Assembly: GCA_964016885.1 (NCBI GenBank)
Contig: OZ024762.1
Span: forward strand, 30,752,001 to 30,816,000
From: Eledone cirrhosa
Taxonomy: Eukaryota
Direction: 5' to 3'
DNA length: 64,000 nt
Shown piece by piece: positions 1-12,396 of the stretch (positions are counted from its first letter, which is position 1; every line of letters starts with the position of its first letter). The notes beneath the pieces are model-generated. The model worked only from the letters and a program-made list of their open reading frames with translations, did no database searches and was not told where the DNA came from. The position numbers were made by a program, and so were the translations under genes.

Positions 1-1870
1 TTGATGGTGAGAATTCATTTAAGTCATGGTACTAGCTGTCAGAAGTAACTCCAATGTTGGTGAGAATTCATTTAAGTCATGGTACTAGCTGTCAGAAGTA
101 ACTCCAATGTTGGTGAGAATTCATTTAAGTTCATGGTATTAGCTGTCAGAAGGAACTCCACTGTTGGTGAGAATTCATTTAAGTTCATGGTATTAGCTGT
201 CAGAAGTAACTCCACTGTTGGTGAGAATTCATTTAAGTTCATGGTATTAGCAGTCAGAAGTAACTCCACTGTTGGTGAGAATTCATTTAAGTTCATGGTA
301 CTAGCTGTCAGAAGTAACTCCAATGTTGGTGAGAATTCATTTAAGTTCATGGTATTAGCTGTCAGAAGTAACTCCACTGTTGGTGAGAATTCATTTAAGT
401 CATGGTATTAGCTGTCAGAAGTAACTCCAATGTTGGTGAGAATTCATTTAAGTTCATGGTATTAGCTGTCAGAAGTAACTCCAATGTTGGTGAGAATTCA
501 TTTAAGTTCATGGTATTAGCTGTCAGAAGTAACTCCACTGTTGGTGAGAATTCATTTAAGTTCATGGTACTAGCTGTCAGAAGTAACTCCAATGTTGGTG
601 AGAATTCATTTAAATTCATGGTATTAGCTGTCAGAAGTAACTCCACTGTTGGTGAGAATTCATTTAAGTTCATGGTATTAGCTGTCAGAAGTCACTCCAA
701 TGTTGGTGAGAATTCATTTATGTTCATGTTATTAGCTGTCAGAAGTAACTCCACTGTTGGTGAGAATTCATTTAAGTTCATGGTATTAGCTGTCAGAAGT
801 AACTCCACTGTTGGTGAGAATTCATTTAAGTTCATGGTATTAGCTGTCAGAAGTAACTCCACTGTTGGTGAGAATTCATTTAAGTTCATGGTATTAGCTG
901 TCAGAAGGAACTCCAATGTTGGTGAGAATTCATTTAAGTTCATGGTATTAGCTGTCAGAAGTAACTCCACTGTTGGTGAGAATTCATTTAAGTTCATGGT
1001 ATTAGCTGTCAGAAGTAACTCCAATGTTGGTGAGAATTCATTTAAGTTCATGGTATTAGCTGTCAGAAGGAACTCCACTGTTGGTGAGAATTCATTTAAG
1101 TTCATGGTATTAGCTGTCAGAAGTAACTCCACTGTTGGTGAGAATTCATTTAATTCATGGTATTAGCTGTCAGAAGTAACTCCATTGTTGGTGAGAATTC
1201 ATTTAAGTCATGGTACTAGCTGTCAGAAGTAACTCCAATGTTGGTGAGAATTCATTTAAGTCATGGTACTAGCTGTCAGAAGTAACTCCAATGTTGGTGA
1301 GAATTCATTTAAGTTCATGGTATTAGCTGTCAGAAGGAACTCCACTGTTGGTGAGAATTCATTTAAGTTCATGGTATTAGCTGTCAGAAGTAACTCCACT
1401 GTTGGTGAGAATTCATTTAAGTTCATGGTATTAGCAGTCAGAAGTAACTCCACTGTTGGTGAGAATTCATTTAAGTTCATGGTACTAGCTGTCAGAAGTA
1501 ACTCCAATGTTGGTGAGAATTCATTTAAGTTCATGGTATTAGCTGTCAGAAGTAACTCCACTGTTGGTGAGAATTCATTTAAGTCATGGTATTAGCTGTC
1601 AGAAGTAACTCCAATGTTGGTGAGAATTCATTTAAGTTCATGGTATTAGCTGTCAGAAGTAACTCCACTGTTGAGGAGAATTCATTTAAGTTCATGGTAT
1701 TAGCTGTCAGAAGTAACTCCACTGTTGGTGAGAATTCATTTAAGTTCATGGTACTAGCTGTCAGAAGTAACTCCAATGTTGGTGAGAATTCATTTAAATT
1801 CATGGTATTAGCTGTCAGAAGTAACTCCACTGTTGGTGAGAATTCATTTAAGTTCATGGTATTAGCTGTC
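1..1870 (+). repeat. Higher-order block repeat, period 1184 bp (22 monomers): ~1-685 recurs at ~1185-1870
   Basis: Identical ORF-track entries at 79 and 1263. Rare markers gcagtc (~250/~1434) and tttaaattc (~612/~1796) are offset by 1184. Confidence 0.8.
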
Positions 1871-4800
1871 AGAAGTAACTCCACTGTTGGTGAGAATTCA
1901 TTTAAGTCATGGTATTAGCTGACAGAAGTAACTCCATTGTTGGTGAGAATTCATTTAAGTCATGGCACTAGCTGTCAGAAGTAACTCCACTGTTGGTGAG
2001 AATTCATTTAAGTTCATGGTATTAGCAGTCAGAAGTCACTCCACTGTTGGTGAGAATTCATTTAAGTTCATGGTACTAGCTGTCAGAAATAACCCCAATG
2101 TTGGTGAGAATTCATTTAAGTTCATGGTATTAGCTGTCAGAAGTCACTCCAATGTTCGTGAGAATTCATTTAAGTTCATGGTATTAGCTGTCAGAAGTAA
2201 CTCCACTGTTGGTGAGAATTCATTTAAGTTCATGGTATTAGTTTGTCAGAAGTAACTCCACTGTTGGTGAGAATTCATTTAAGTCATGGTATTAGTTGTC
2301 AGAAGTAACTCCAATGTTGGTGAGAATTCATTTAAGTTCATGGTACTAGCTGTCAGAAGTAACTCCAATGTTGGTGAGAATTCATTTAAGTTCATGGTAT
2401 TAGCTGTCAGAAGGAACTCCACTGTTGGTGAGAATTCATTTAAGTTCATGGTATTAGCTGTCAGAAGTAACTCCACTGTTGGTGAGAATTCATTTAATTC
2501 ATGGTATTAGCTGTCAGAAGTAACTCCATTGTTGGTGAGAATTCATTTAAGTCATGGTACTAGCTGTCAGAAGTAACTCCAATGTTGGTGAGAATTCATT
2601 TAAGTCATGGTACTAGCTGTCAGAAGTAACTCCAATGTTGGTGAGAATTCATTTAAGTTCATGGTATTAGCTGTCAGAAGGAACTCCACTGTTGGTGAGA
2701 ATTCATTTAAGTTCATGGTATTAGCTGTCAGAAGTAACTCCAATGTTGGTGAGAATTCATTTAAGTTCATGGTATTAGCAGTCAGAAGTAACTCCACTGT
2801 TGGTGAGAATTCATTTAAGTTCATGGTACTAGCTGTCAGAAGTAACTCCACTGTTGGTGAGAATTCATTTAAGTCATGGTATTAGCTGTCAGAAGTAACT
2901 CCAATGTTGGTGAGAATTCATTTAAGTTCATGGTATTAGCTGTCAGAAGTAACTCCACTGTTGGTGAGAATTCATTTAAGTTCATGGTATTAGCTGTCAG
3001 AAGTAACTCCACTGTTGGTGAGAATTCATTTAAGTTCATGGTACTAGCTGTCAGAAGTAACTCCACTGTTGGTGAGAATTCATTTAAGTTCATGGTATTA
3101 GTTTGTCAGAAGTAACTCCACTGTTGGTGAGAATTCATTTAAGTCATGGTATTAGTTGTCAGAAGTAACTCCAATGTTGGTGAGAATTCATTTAGGTTCA
3201 TGGTACTAGCTGTCAGAAGTAACTCCAATGTTGGTGAGAATTCATTTAAGTCATGGTACTAGCTGTCAGAAGTAACTCCAATGTTGGTGAGAATTCATTT
3301 AAGTTCATGGTATTAGCTGTCAGAAGTAACTCCACTGTTGGTGAGAATTCATTTAAGTCATGGTATTAGCTGTCAGAAGTAACTCCAATGTTGGTGAGAA
3401 TTCATTTAAGTTCATGGTATTAGCTGTCAGAAGTCACTCCACTGTTGGTGAGAATTCATTTAAGTTGATGGTATTAGCTGTCAGAAGTAACTCCACTGTT
3501 GGTGAGAATTCATTTAAGTTCATGGTATTAGCTGTCAGAAGGAACTCCAATGTTGGTGAGAATTCATTTAAGTCATGGTACTAGCTGTCAGAAGTAACTC
3601 CAGTGTTGGTGAGAATTAATTTAAGTTAATGGTATTAGCTGTCAGAAGGAACGCCACTGTTGGTGAGAATTCATTTAAGTTCATGGTATTAGCTGTCAGA
3701 AGTAACTCCACTGTTGGTGAGAATTCATTTAAGTTCATGGTACTAGCTTTCAGAAGTAACTCCAATGTTGGTGAGAATTCATTTAAGTTCATGGTATTAG
3801 CTGTCAGAAGGAACTCCACTGTTGCTGAGAATTCATTTAAGTTCATGGTATTAGCTGTCAGAAGTAACTCCACTGTTGGTGAGAATTCATTTAAGTTCAT
3901 GGTACTAGCTGTCAGAAGTAACTCCACTGTTGGTGAGAATTCATTTAAGTTCATGGTATTAGCTGTCAGAAGTCACTCCAATGTTGGTGAGAATTCATTT
4001 AAGTTCATGGTATTAGCTGTCAGAAGTCACTCCACTGTTGGTGAGAATTCATTTAAGTTCATGGTACTAGCTGTCAGAAGTAACCCCAATGTTGGTGAGA
4101 ATTCATTTAAGTTCATGGTATTAGCTGTCAGAAGTCACTCCAATGTTGGTGAGAATTCATTTAAGTTCATGGTATTAGCTGTCAGAAGTAACTCCACTGT
4201 TGGTGAGAATTCATTTAAGTTCATGGTATTAGTTTGTCAGAAGTAACTCCACTGTTGGTGAGAATTCATTTAAGTCATGGTACTAGCTGTCAGAAGTAAC
4301 TCCAATGTTGGTGAGAATTCATTTAAGTCATGGTATCAGCTGTCAGAAGTAACTCCAATGTTGGTGAGAATTCATTTAAGTTCATGGTATTAGCTGTCAG
4401 AAGTAACTCCACTGTTGGTGAGAATTCATTTAAGTTCATGGTATTAGCTGTCAGAAGTAACTCCACTGTTGGTGAGAATTCATTTAAGTTGATGGTACTA
4501 GCTGTCAGAAGTAACTCCACTGTTGGTGAGAATTCATTTAAGTTCATGGTATTAGTTTGTCAGAAGTAACTCCACTGTTGGTGAGAATTCATTTAAGTCA
4601 TGGTATTAGTTGTCAGAAGTAACTCCAATGTTGGTGAGAATTCATTTACGTTCATGGTATTAGCTGTCAGAAGGAACTCCACTGTTGGTGAGAATTCATT
4701 TAAGTTCATGGTATTAGCTGTCAGAAGGAACTCCAATGTTGGTGAGAATTCATTTAAGTCATGGTACTAGCTGTCAGAAGTAACTCCACTGTTGGTGAGA

Positions 4801-5726
4801 ATTCATTTAAGTTCATGGTATTAGCTGTCAGAAGGAACGCCACTGTTGGTGAGAATTCATTTAAGTTCATGGTATTAGCTGTCAGAAGTAACTCCACTGT
4901 TGGTGAGAATTCATTTAAGTTCATGGTACTAGCTGTCAGAAGTAACTCCAATGTTGGTGAGAATTCATTTAAGTTCATGGTATTAGCTGTCAGAAGCAAC
5001 TCCACTGTTGGTGAGAATTCATTTAAGTTCATGGTATTAGCTGTCAGAAGTAACTCCACTGTTGGTGAGAATTCATTTAAGTCATGGTATTAGCTGACAG
5101 AAGTAACTCCATTGTTGGTGAGAATTCATTTAAGTCATGGTACTAGCTGTCAGAAGTAACTCCACTGTTGGTTAGAATTCATTTAAGTTCATGGTATTAG
5201 ATTGTCAGAAGTAACTCCACTGTTGGTGAGAATTCATTTAAGTCATGGTATTAGTTGTCAGAAGTAACTCCAATGTTGGTGAGAATTCATTTAAGTTCAT
5301 GGTACTAGCTGTCAGAAGTAACTCCATTGTTGTTGAGAATTCATTGAAGTTCATGGTACTAGCTGTCAGAAGGAACTCCACTGTTGGTGAGAATTCATTT
5401 AAGTTCATGGTATTAGCTGTCAGAAGTAACTCCACTGTTGGTGAGAATTCATTTAAGTTCATGGTACTAGCTGTCAGAAGTAACTCCAATGTTAGTGAGA
5501 ATTCATTTAAGTTCATGGTATTAGCTGTCAGAAGTAACTCCACTGTTGGTGAGAATTCATTTAAGTCATGGTATTAGCTGTCAGAAGTAACTCCAATGTT
5601 GGTGAGAATTCATTTAAGTTCATGGTATTAGCTGTCAGAAGTAACTCCACTGTTGGTGAGCATTCATTTATGTTCATGGTATTAGCTGTCAGAAGTAACT
5701 CCACTGTTGGTGAGAATTCATTTAAG

Positions 5727-8700
5727 TTCATGGTATTAGTTTGTCAGAAGTAACTCCACTGTTGGTGAGAATTCATTTAAGTCATGGTATTAGTTGTCAG
5801 AAGTAACTCCAATGTTGGTGAGAATTCATTTAAGTTCATGGTACTAGCTGTCAGAAGTAACTCCACTGTTGGTGAGAATTCATTTAAGTTCATGGTATTA
5901 GCTGTCAGAAGTAACTCCACTGTTGGTGAGAATTCATTTAAGTCATGGTATTAGCTGTCAGAAGTAACTCCATTGTTGGTGAGAATTCATTTAAGTCATG
6001 GTACTAGCTGTCAGAAGTAACTCCACTGTTGGTGAGAATTCATTTAAGTTCATGGTACTAGCTGCCAGAAGTAACTCCACTGTTGGTGAGAATTCATTTA
6101 AGTTCATGGTACTAGCTGTCAGAAGTAACTCCACTGTTTGTGAGAATTCATTTAAGTTCATGGTACTATCTGTCATAAGTAACTCCACTGTTGGTGAGAA
6201 TTCATTTAAGTTCATGGTATTAGCTGTCAGAAGTCACTCCACTGTTGGTGAGAATTCATTTAAGTTCATGGTATTAGCTGTCAGAAGTCACTCCACTGTT
6301 GGTGAGAATTCATTTAAGTTCATGGTACTAGCTGTCAGAAGTAACCCCAATGTTGGTGAGAATTCATTTAAGTTCATGGTATTAGCTGTCAGAAGTCACT
6401 CCAATGTTGGTGAGAATTCATTTAAGTTCATGGTATTAGCTGTCAGAAGTAACTCCACTGTTGGTGAGAATTCATTTAAGTTCATGGTATTAGCTGTCAG
6501 AAGTAACTCCACTGTTGGTGAGAATTCATCTAAGTTCATGGTATTAGCTGTCAGAAGTAACTCCACTGTTGGTGAGAATTCATTTAAGTTCATGGTATTA
6601 GCTGTCAGAAGGAACTCCAATGTTGGTGAGAATTCATTTAAGTTCATGGTATTAGCTGTCAGAAGTAACTCCACTGTTGGTGAGAATTCATTTAAGTTCA
6701 TGGTATTAGCTGTCAGAAGGAACTCCACTGTTGGTGAGAATTCATTTAATTCATGGTATTAGCTGTCAAAAGTAACTCCATTGTTGGTGAGAATTCATTT
6801 AAGTCATGGTACTAGCTGTCAGAAGTAACTCCAATGTTGGTGAGAATTCATTTAAGTCATGGTACTAGCCGTCAGAAGTAACTCCAATGTTGGTGAGAAT
6901 TCATTTAAGTTCATGGTATTAGCTGTCAGAAGGAACTCCACTGTTGGTGAGAATTCATTTAAGTTCATGGTATTAGCTGTCAGAAGTAACTCCACTGTTG
7001 GTGAGAATTCATTTAAGTTCATGGTATTAGCAGTCAGAAGTAACTCCACTGTTGGTGAGAATTCATTTAAGTTCATGGTACTAGCTGTCAGAAGTAACTC
7101 CAATGTTGGTGAGAATTCATTTAAGTTCATGGTATTAGCTGTCAGAAGTAACTCCACTGTTGGTGAGAATTCATTTAAGTCATGGTATTAGCTGTCAGAA
7201 GTAACTCCAATGTTGGTGAGAATTCATTTAAGTTCATGGTATTAGCTGTCAGAAGTAACTCCACTGTTGGTGAGAATTCATTTAAGTTCATGGTATTAGC
7301 TGTCAGAAGTAACTCCACTGTTGGTGAGAATTCATTTAAGTTCATGGTACTAGCTGTCAGAAGTAACTCCAATGTTGGTGAGAATTCATTTAAGTTCATG
7401 GTATTAGCTGTCAGAAGCAACTCCACTGTTGGTGAGAATTCATTTAAGTTCATGGTATTAGCTGTCAGAAGTAGCTCCACTGTTGGTGAGAATTCATTTA
7501 AGTCATGGTATTAGCTGACAGAAGTAACTCCATTGTTGGTGAGAATTCATTTAAGTCATGGTACTAGCTGTCAGAAGTAACTCCACTGTTGGTGAGAATT
7601 CATTTAAGTTCATGGTATTAGCAGTCAGAAGTCACTCCACTGTTGGTGAGAATTCATTTAAGTTCATGGTACTAGCTGTCAGAAATAACCCCAATGTTGG
7701 TGAGAATTCATTTAAGTTCATGGTATTAGCTGTCAGAAGTCACTCCAATGTTCGTGAGAATTCATTTAAGTTCATGGTATTAGCTGTCAGAAGTAACTCC
7801 ACTGTTGGTGAGAATTCATTTAAGTTCATGGTATTAGTTTGTCAGAAGTAACTCCACTGTTGGTGAGAATTCATTTAAGTCATGGTATTAGTTGTCAGAA
7901 GTAACTCCAATGTTGGTGAGAATTCATTTAAGTTCATGGTACTAGCTGTCAGAAGTAACTCCAATGTTGGTGAGAATTCATTTAAGTTCATGGTATTAGC
8001 TGTCAGAAGGAACTCCACTGTTGGTGAGAATTCATTTAAGTTCATGGTATTAGCTGTCAGAAGTAACTCCACTGTTGGTGAGAATTCATTTAATTCATGG
8101 TATTAGCTGTCAGAAGTAACTCCATTGTTGGTGAGAATTCATTTAAGTCATGGTACTAGCTGTCAGAAGTAACTCCAATGTTGGTGAGAATTCATTTAAG
8201 TCATGGTACTAGCTGTCAGAAGTAACTCCAATGTTGGTGAGAATTCATTTAAGTTCATGGTATTAGCTGTCAGAAGGAACTCCACTGTTGGTGAGAATTC
8301 ATTTAAGTTCATGGTATTAGCTGTCAGAAGTAACTCCACTGTTGGTTAGAATTCATTTAAGTTCATGGTATTAGCAGTCAGAAGTAATTCCACTGTTGGT
8401 GAGAATTCATTTAAGTTCATGGTACTAGCTGTCAGAAGTAACTCCAATGTAGGTGAGAATTCATTTAAGTTCATGGTATTAGCTGTCAGAAGTAACTCCA
8501 CTGTTGGTGAGAATTCATTTAAGTCATGGTATTAGCTGTCAGAAGTAACTCCAATGTTGGTGAGAATTCATTTAAGTTCATGGTATTAGCTGTCAGAAGT
8601 AACTCCACTGTTGGTGAGAATTCATTTAAGTTCATGGTATTAGCTGTCAGAAGTAACTCCACTGTTGGTGAGAATTCATTTAAGTTCATGGTACTAGCTG

Positions 8701-11700
8701 TCAGAAGTAACTCCACTGTTGGTGAGAATTCATTTAAGTTCATGGTATTAGTTTGTCAGAAGTAACTCCACTGTTGGTGAGAATTCATTTAAGTCATGGT
8801 ATTAGTTGTCAGAAGTAACTCCAATGTTGGTGAGAATTCATTTAGGTTCATGGTACTAGCTGTCAGAAGTAACTCCAATGTTGGTGAGAATTCATTTAAG
8901 TCATGGTACTAGCTGTCAGAAGTAACTCCAATGTTGGTGAGAATTCATTTAAGTACATGGTATTAGCTATCAGAAGTAACTCCACTGTTGGTGAGAATTC
9001 ATTTAAGTTCATGGTATTAGCTGTCAGAAGTAACTCCACTGTTGGTGAGAATTCATTTAAGTTCATGGTATTAGTTTGTCAGAAGTAACTCCACTGTTGG
9101 TGAGAATTCATTTAAGTCATGGTATTAGTTGTCAGAAGTAACTCCAATGTTGGTGAGAATTCATTTAAGTTCATGGTACTAGCTGTCAGAAGTAACTCCA
9201 CTGTTGGTGAGAATTCATTTAAGTTCATGGTATTAGCTGTCAGAAGTAACTCCACTGTTGGTGAGAATTCATTTAAGTCATGGTATTAGCTGTCAGAAGT
9301 AACTCCATTGTTGGTGAGAATTCATTTAAGTCATGGTACTAGCTGTCAGAAGTAACTCCACTGTTGGTGAGAATTCATTTAAGTTCATGGTACTAGCTGC
9401 CAGAAGTAACTCCACTGTTGGTGAGAATTCATTTAAGTTCATGGTACTAGCTGTCAGAAGTAACTCCACTGTTTGTGAGAATTCATTTAAGTTCATGGTA
9501 CTAGCTGTCATAAGTAACTCCACTGTTGGTGAGAATTCATTTAAGTTCATGGTATTAGCTGTCAGAAGTCACTCCACTGTTGGTGAGAATTCATTTAAGT
9601 TCATGGTATTAGCTGTCAGAAGTCACTCCACTGTTGGTGAGAATTCATTTAAGTTCATGGTACTAGCTGTCAGAAGTAACCCCAATGTTGGTGAGAATTC
9701 ATTTAAGTTCATGGTATTAGCTGTCAGAAGTCACTCCAATGTTGGTGAGAATTCATTTAAGTTCATGGTATTAGCTGTCAGAAGTAACTCCACTGTTGGT
9801 GAGAATTCATTTAAGTTCATGGTATTAGCTGTCAGAAGTAACTCCACTGTTGGTGAGAATTCATTTAAGTTCATGGTATTAGCTGTCAGAAGTAACTCCA
9901 CTGTTGGTGAGAATTCATTTAAGTTCATGGTATTAGCTGTCAGAAGGAACTCCAATGTTGGTGAGAATTCATTTAAGTTCATGGTATTAGCTGTCAGAAG
10001 TAACTCCACTGTTGGTGAGAATTCATTTAAGTTCATGGTATTAGCTGTCAGAAGGAACTCCACTGTTGGTGAGAATTCATTTAATTCATGGTATTAGCTG
10101 TCAGAAGTAACTCCATTGTTGGTGAGAATTCATTTAAGTCATGGTACTAGCTGTCAGAAGTAACTCCAATGTTGGTGAGAATTCATTTAAGTCATGGTAC
10201 TAGCCGTCAGAAGTAACTCTAATGTTGGTGAGAATTCATTTAAGTTCATGGTATTAGCTGTCAGAAGGAACTCCACTGTTGGTGAGAATTCATTTAAGTT
10301 CATGGTATTAGCTGTCAGAAGTAACTCCACTGTTGGTGAGAATTCATTTAAGTTCATGGTATTAGCAGTCAGAAGTAACTCCACTGTTGGTGAGAATTCA
10401 TTTAAGTTCATGGTACTAGCTGTCAGAAGTAACTCCAATGTTGGTGAGAATTCATTTAAGTTCATGGTATTAGCTGTCAGAAGTAACTCCACTGTTGGTG
10501 AGAATTCATTTAAGTCATGGTATTAGCTGTCAGAAGTAACTCCAATGTTGGTGAGAATTCATTTAAGTTCATGGTATTAGCTGTCAGAAGTAACTCCACT
10601 GTTGGTGAGAATTCATTTAAGTTCATGGTATTAGCTGTCAGAAGTAACTCCACTGTTGGTGAGAATTCATTTAAGTTCATGGTACTAGCTGTCAGAAGTA
10701 ACTCCAATGTTGGTGAGAATTCATTTAAGTTCATGGTATTAGCTGTCAGAAGCAACTCCACTGTTGGTGAGAATTCATTTAAGTTCATGGTATTAGCTGT
10801 CAGAAGTAGCTCCACTGTTGGTGAGAATTCATTTAAGTCATGGTATTAGCTGACAGAAGTAACTCCATTGTTGGTGAGAATTCATTTAAGTCATGGTACT
10901 AGCTGTCAGAAGTAACTCCACTGTTGGTGAGAATTCATTTAAGTTCATGGTATTAGCAGTCAGAAGTCACTCCACTGTTGGTGAGAATTCATTTAAGTTC
11001 ATGGTACTAGCTGTCAGAAATAACCCCAATGTTGGTGAGAATTCATTTAAGTTCATGGTATTAGCTGTCAGAAGTCACTCCAATGTTCGTGAGAATTCAT
11101 TTAAGTTCATGGTATTAGCTGTCAGAAGTAACTCCACTGTTGGTGAGAATTCATTTAAGTTCATGGTATTAGTTTGTCAGAAGTAACTCCACTGTTGGTG
11201 AGAATTCATTTAAGTCATGGTATTAGTTGTCAGAAGTAACTCCAATGTTGGTGAGAATTCATTTAAGTTCATGGTACTAGCTGTCAGAAGTAACTCCAAT
11301 GTTGGTGAGAATTCATTTAAGTTCATGGTATTAGCTGTCAGAAGGAACTCCACTGTTGGTGAGAATTCATTTAAGTTCATGGTATTAGCTGTCAGAAGTA
11401 ACTCCACTGTTGGTGAGAATTCATTTAATTCATGGTATTAGCTGTCAGAAGTAACTCCATTGTTGGTGAGAATTCATTTAAGTCATGGTACTAGCTGTCA
11501 GAAGTAACTCCAATGTTGGTGAGAATTCATTTAAGTCATGGTACTAGCTATCAGGAGTAACTCCAATGTTGGTGAGAATTCATTTAAGTTCATGGTATTA
11601 GCTGTCAGAAGGAACTCCACTGTTGGTGAGAATTCATTTAAGTTCATGGTATTAGCTGTCAGAAGTAACTCCACTGTTGGTTAGAATTCATTTAAGTTCA

Positions 11701-12396
11701 TGGTATTAGCAGTCAGAAGTAATTCCACTGTTGGTGAGAATTCATTTAAGTTCATGGTACTAGCTGTCAGAAGTAACTCCAATGTAGGTGAGAATTCATT
11801 TAAGTTCATGGTATTAGCTGTCAGAAGTAACTCCACTGTTGGTGAGAATTCATTTAAGTCATGGTATTAGCTGTCAGAAGTAACTCCAATGTTGGTGAGA
11901 ATTCATTTAAGTTCATGGTATTAGCTGTCAGAAGTAACTCCACTGTTGGTGAGAATTCATTTAAGTTCATGGTATTAGCTGTCAGAAGTAACTCCACTGT
12001 TGGTGAGAATTCATTTAAGTTCATGGTACTAGCTGTCAGAAGTAACTCCACTGTTGGTGAGAATTCATTTAAGTTCATGGTATTAGTTTGTCAGAAGTAA
12101 CTCCACTGTTGGTGAGAATTCATTTAAGTCATGGTATTAGTTGTCAGAAGTAACTCCAATGTTGGTGAGAATTCATTTAGGTTCATGGTACTAGCTGTCA
12201 GAAGTAACTCCAATGTTGGTGAGAATTCATTTAAGTCATGGTACTAGCTGTCAGAAGTAACTCCAATGTTGGTGAGAATTCATTTAAGTACATGGTATTA
12301 GCTATCAGAAGTAACTCCACTGTTGGTGAGAATTCATTTAAGTTCATGGTATTAGCTGTCAGAAGTAACTCCACTGTTGGTGAGAATTCATTTAAG
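5727..12396 (+). repeat. Tandem duplication of a 3335-bp unit (62 monomers)
   Basis: ORF pairs 5998/9333, 6859/10194, 7182/10517, 7558/10893, 7882/11217 and 8526/11861 are all offset by 3335. Shared rare variants: tagccgtc, gtagctcc, gtaattcc, aatgtagg, tttaggttc, aagtacatgg. Confidence 0.93.

Noticed and set aside
146-184. Dyad or hairpin elements in the monomer (CCAA-TG-TTGG, GAATTC, TTAA, CATG, AGCT, GTAC) as cruciform or protein-binding sites
   Set aside because: Stems are only 2-4 bp and expected by chance; no stable structure is supportable without folding calculations or binding data.
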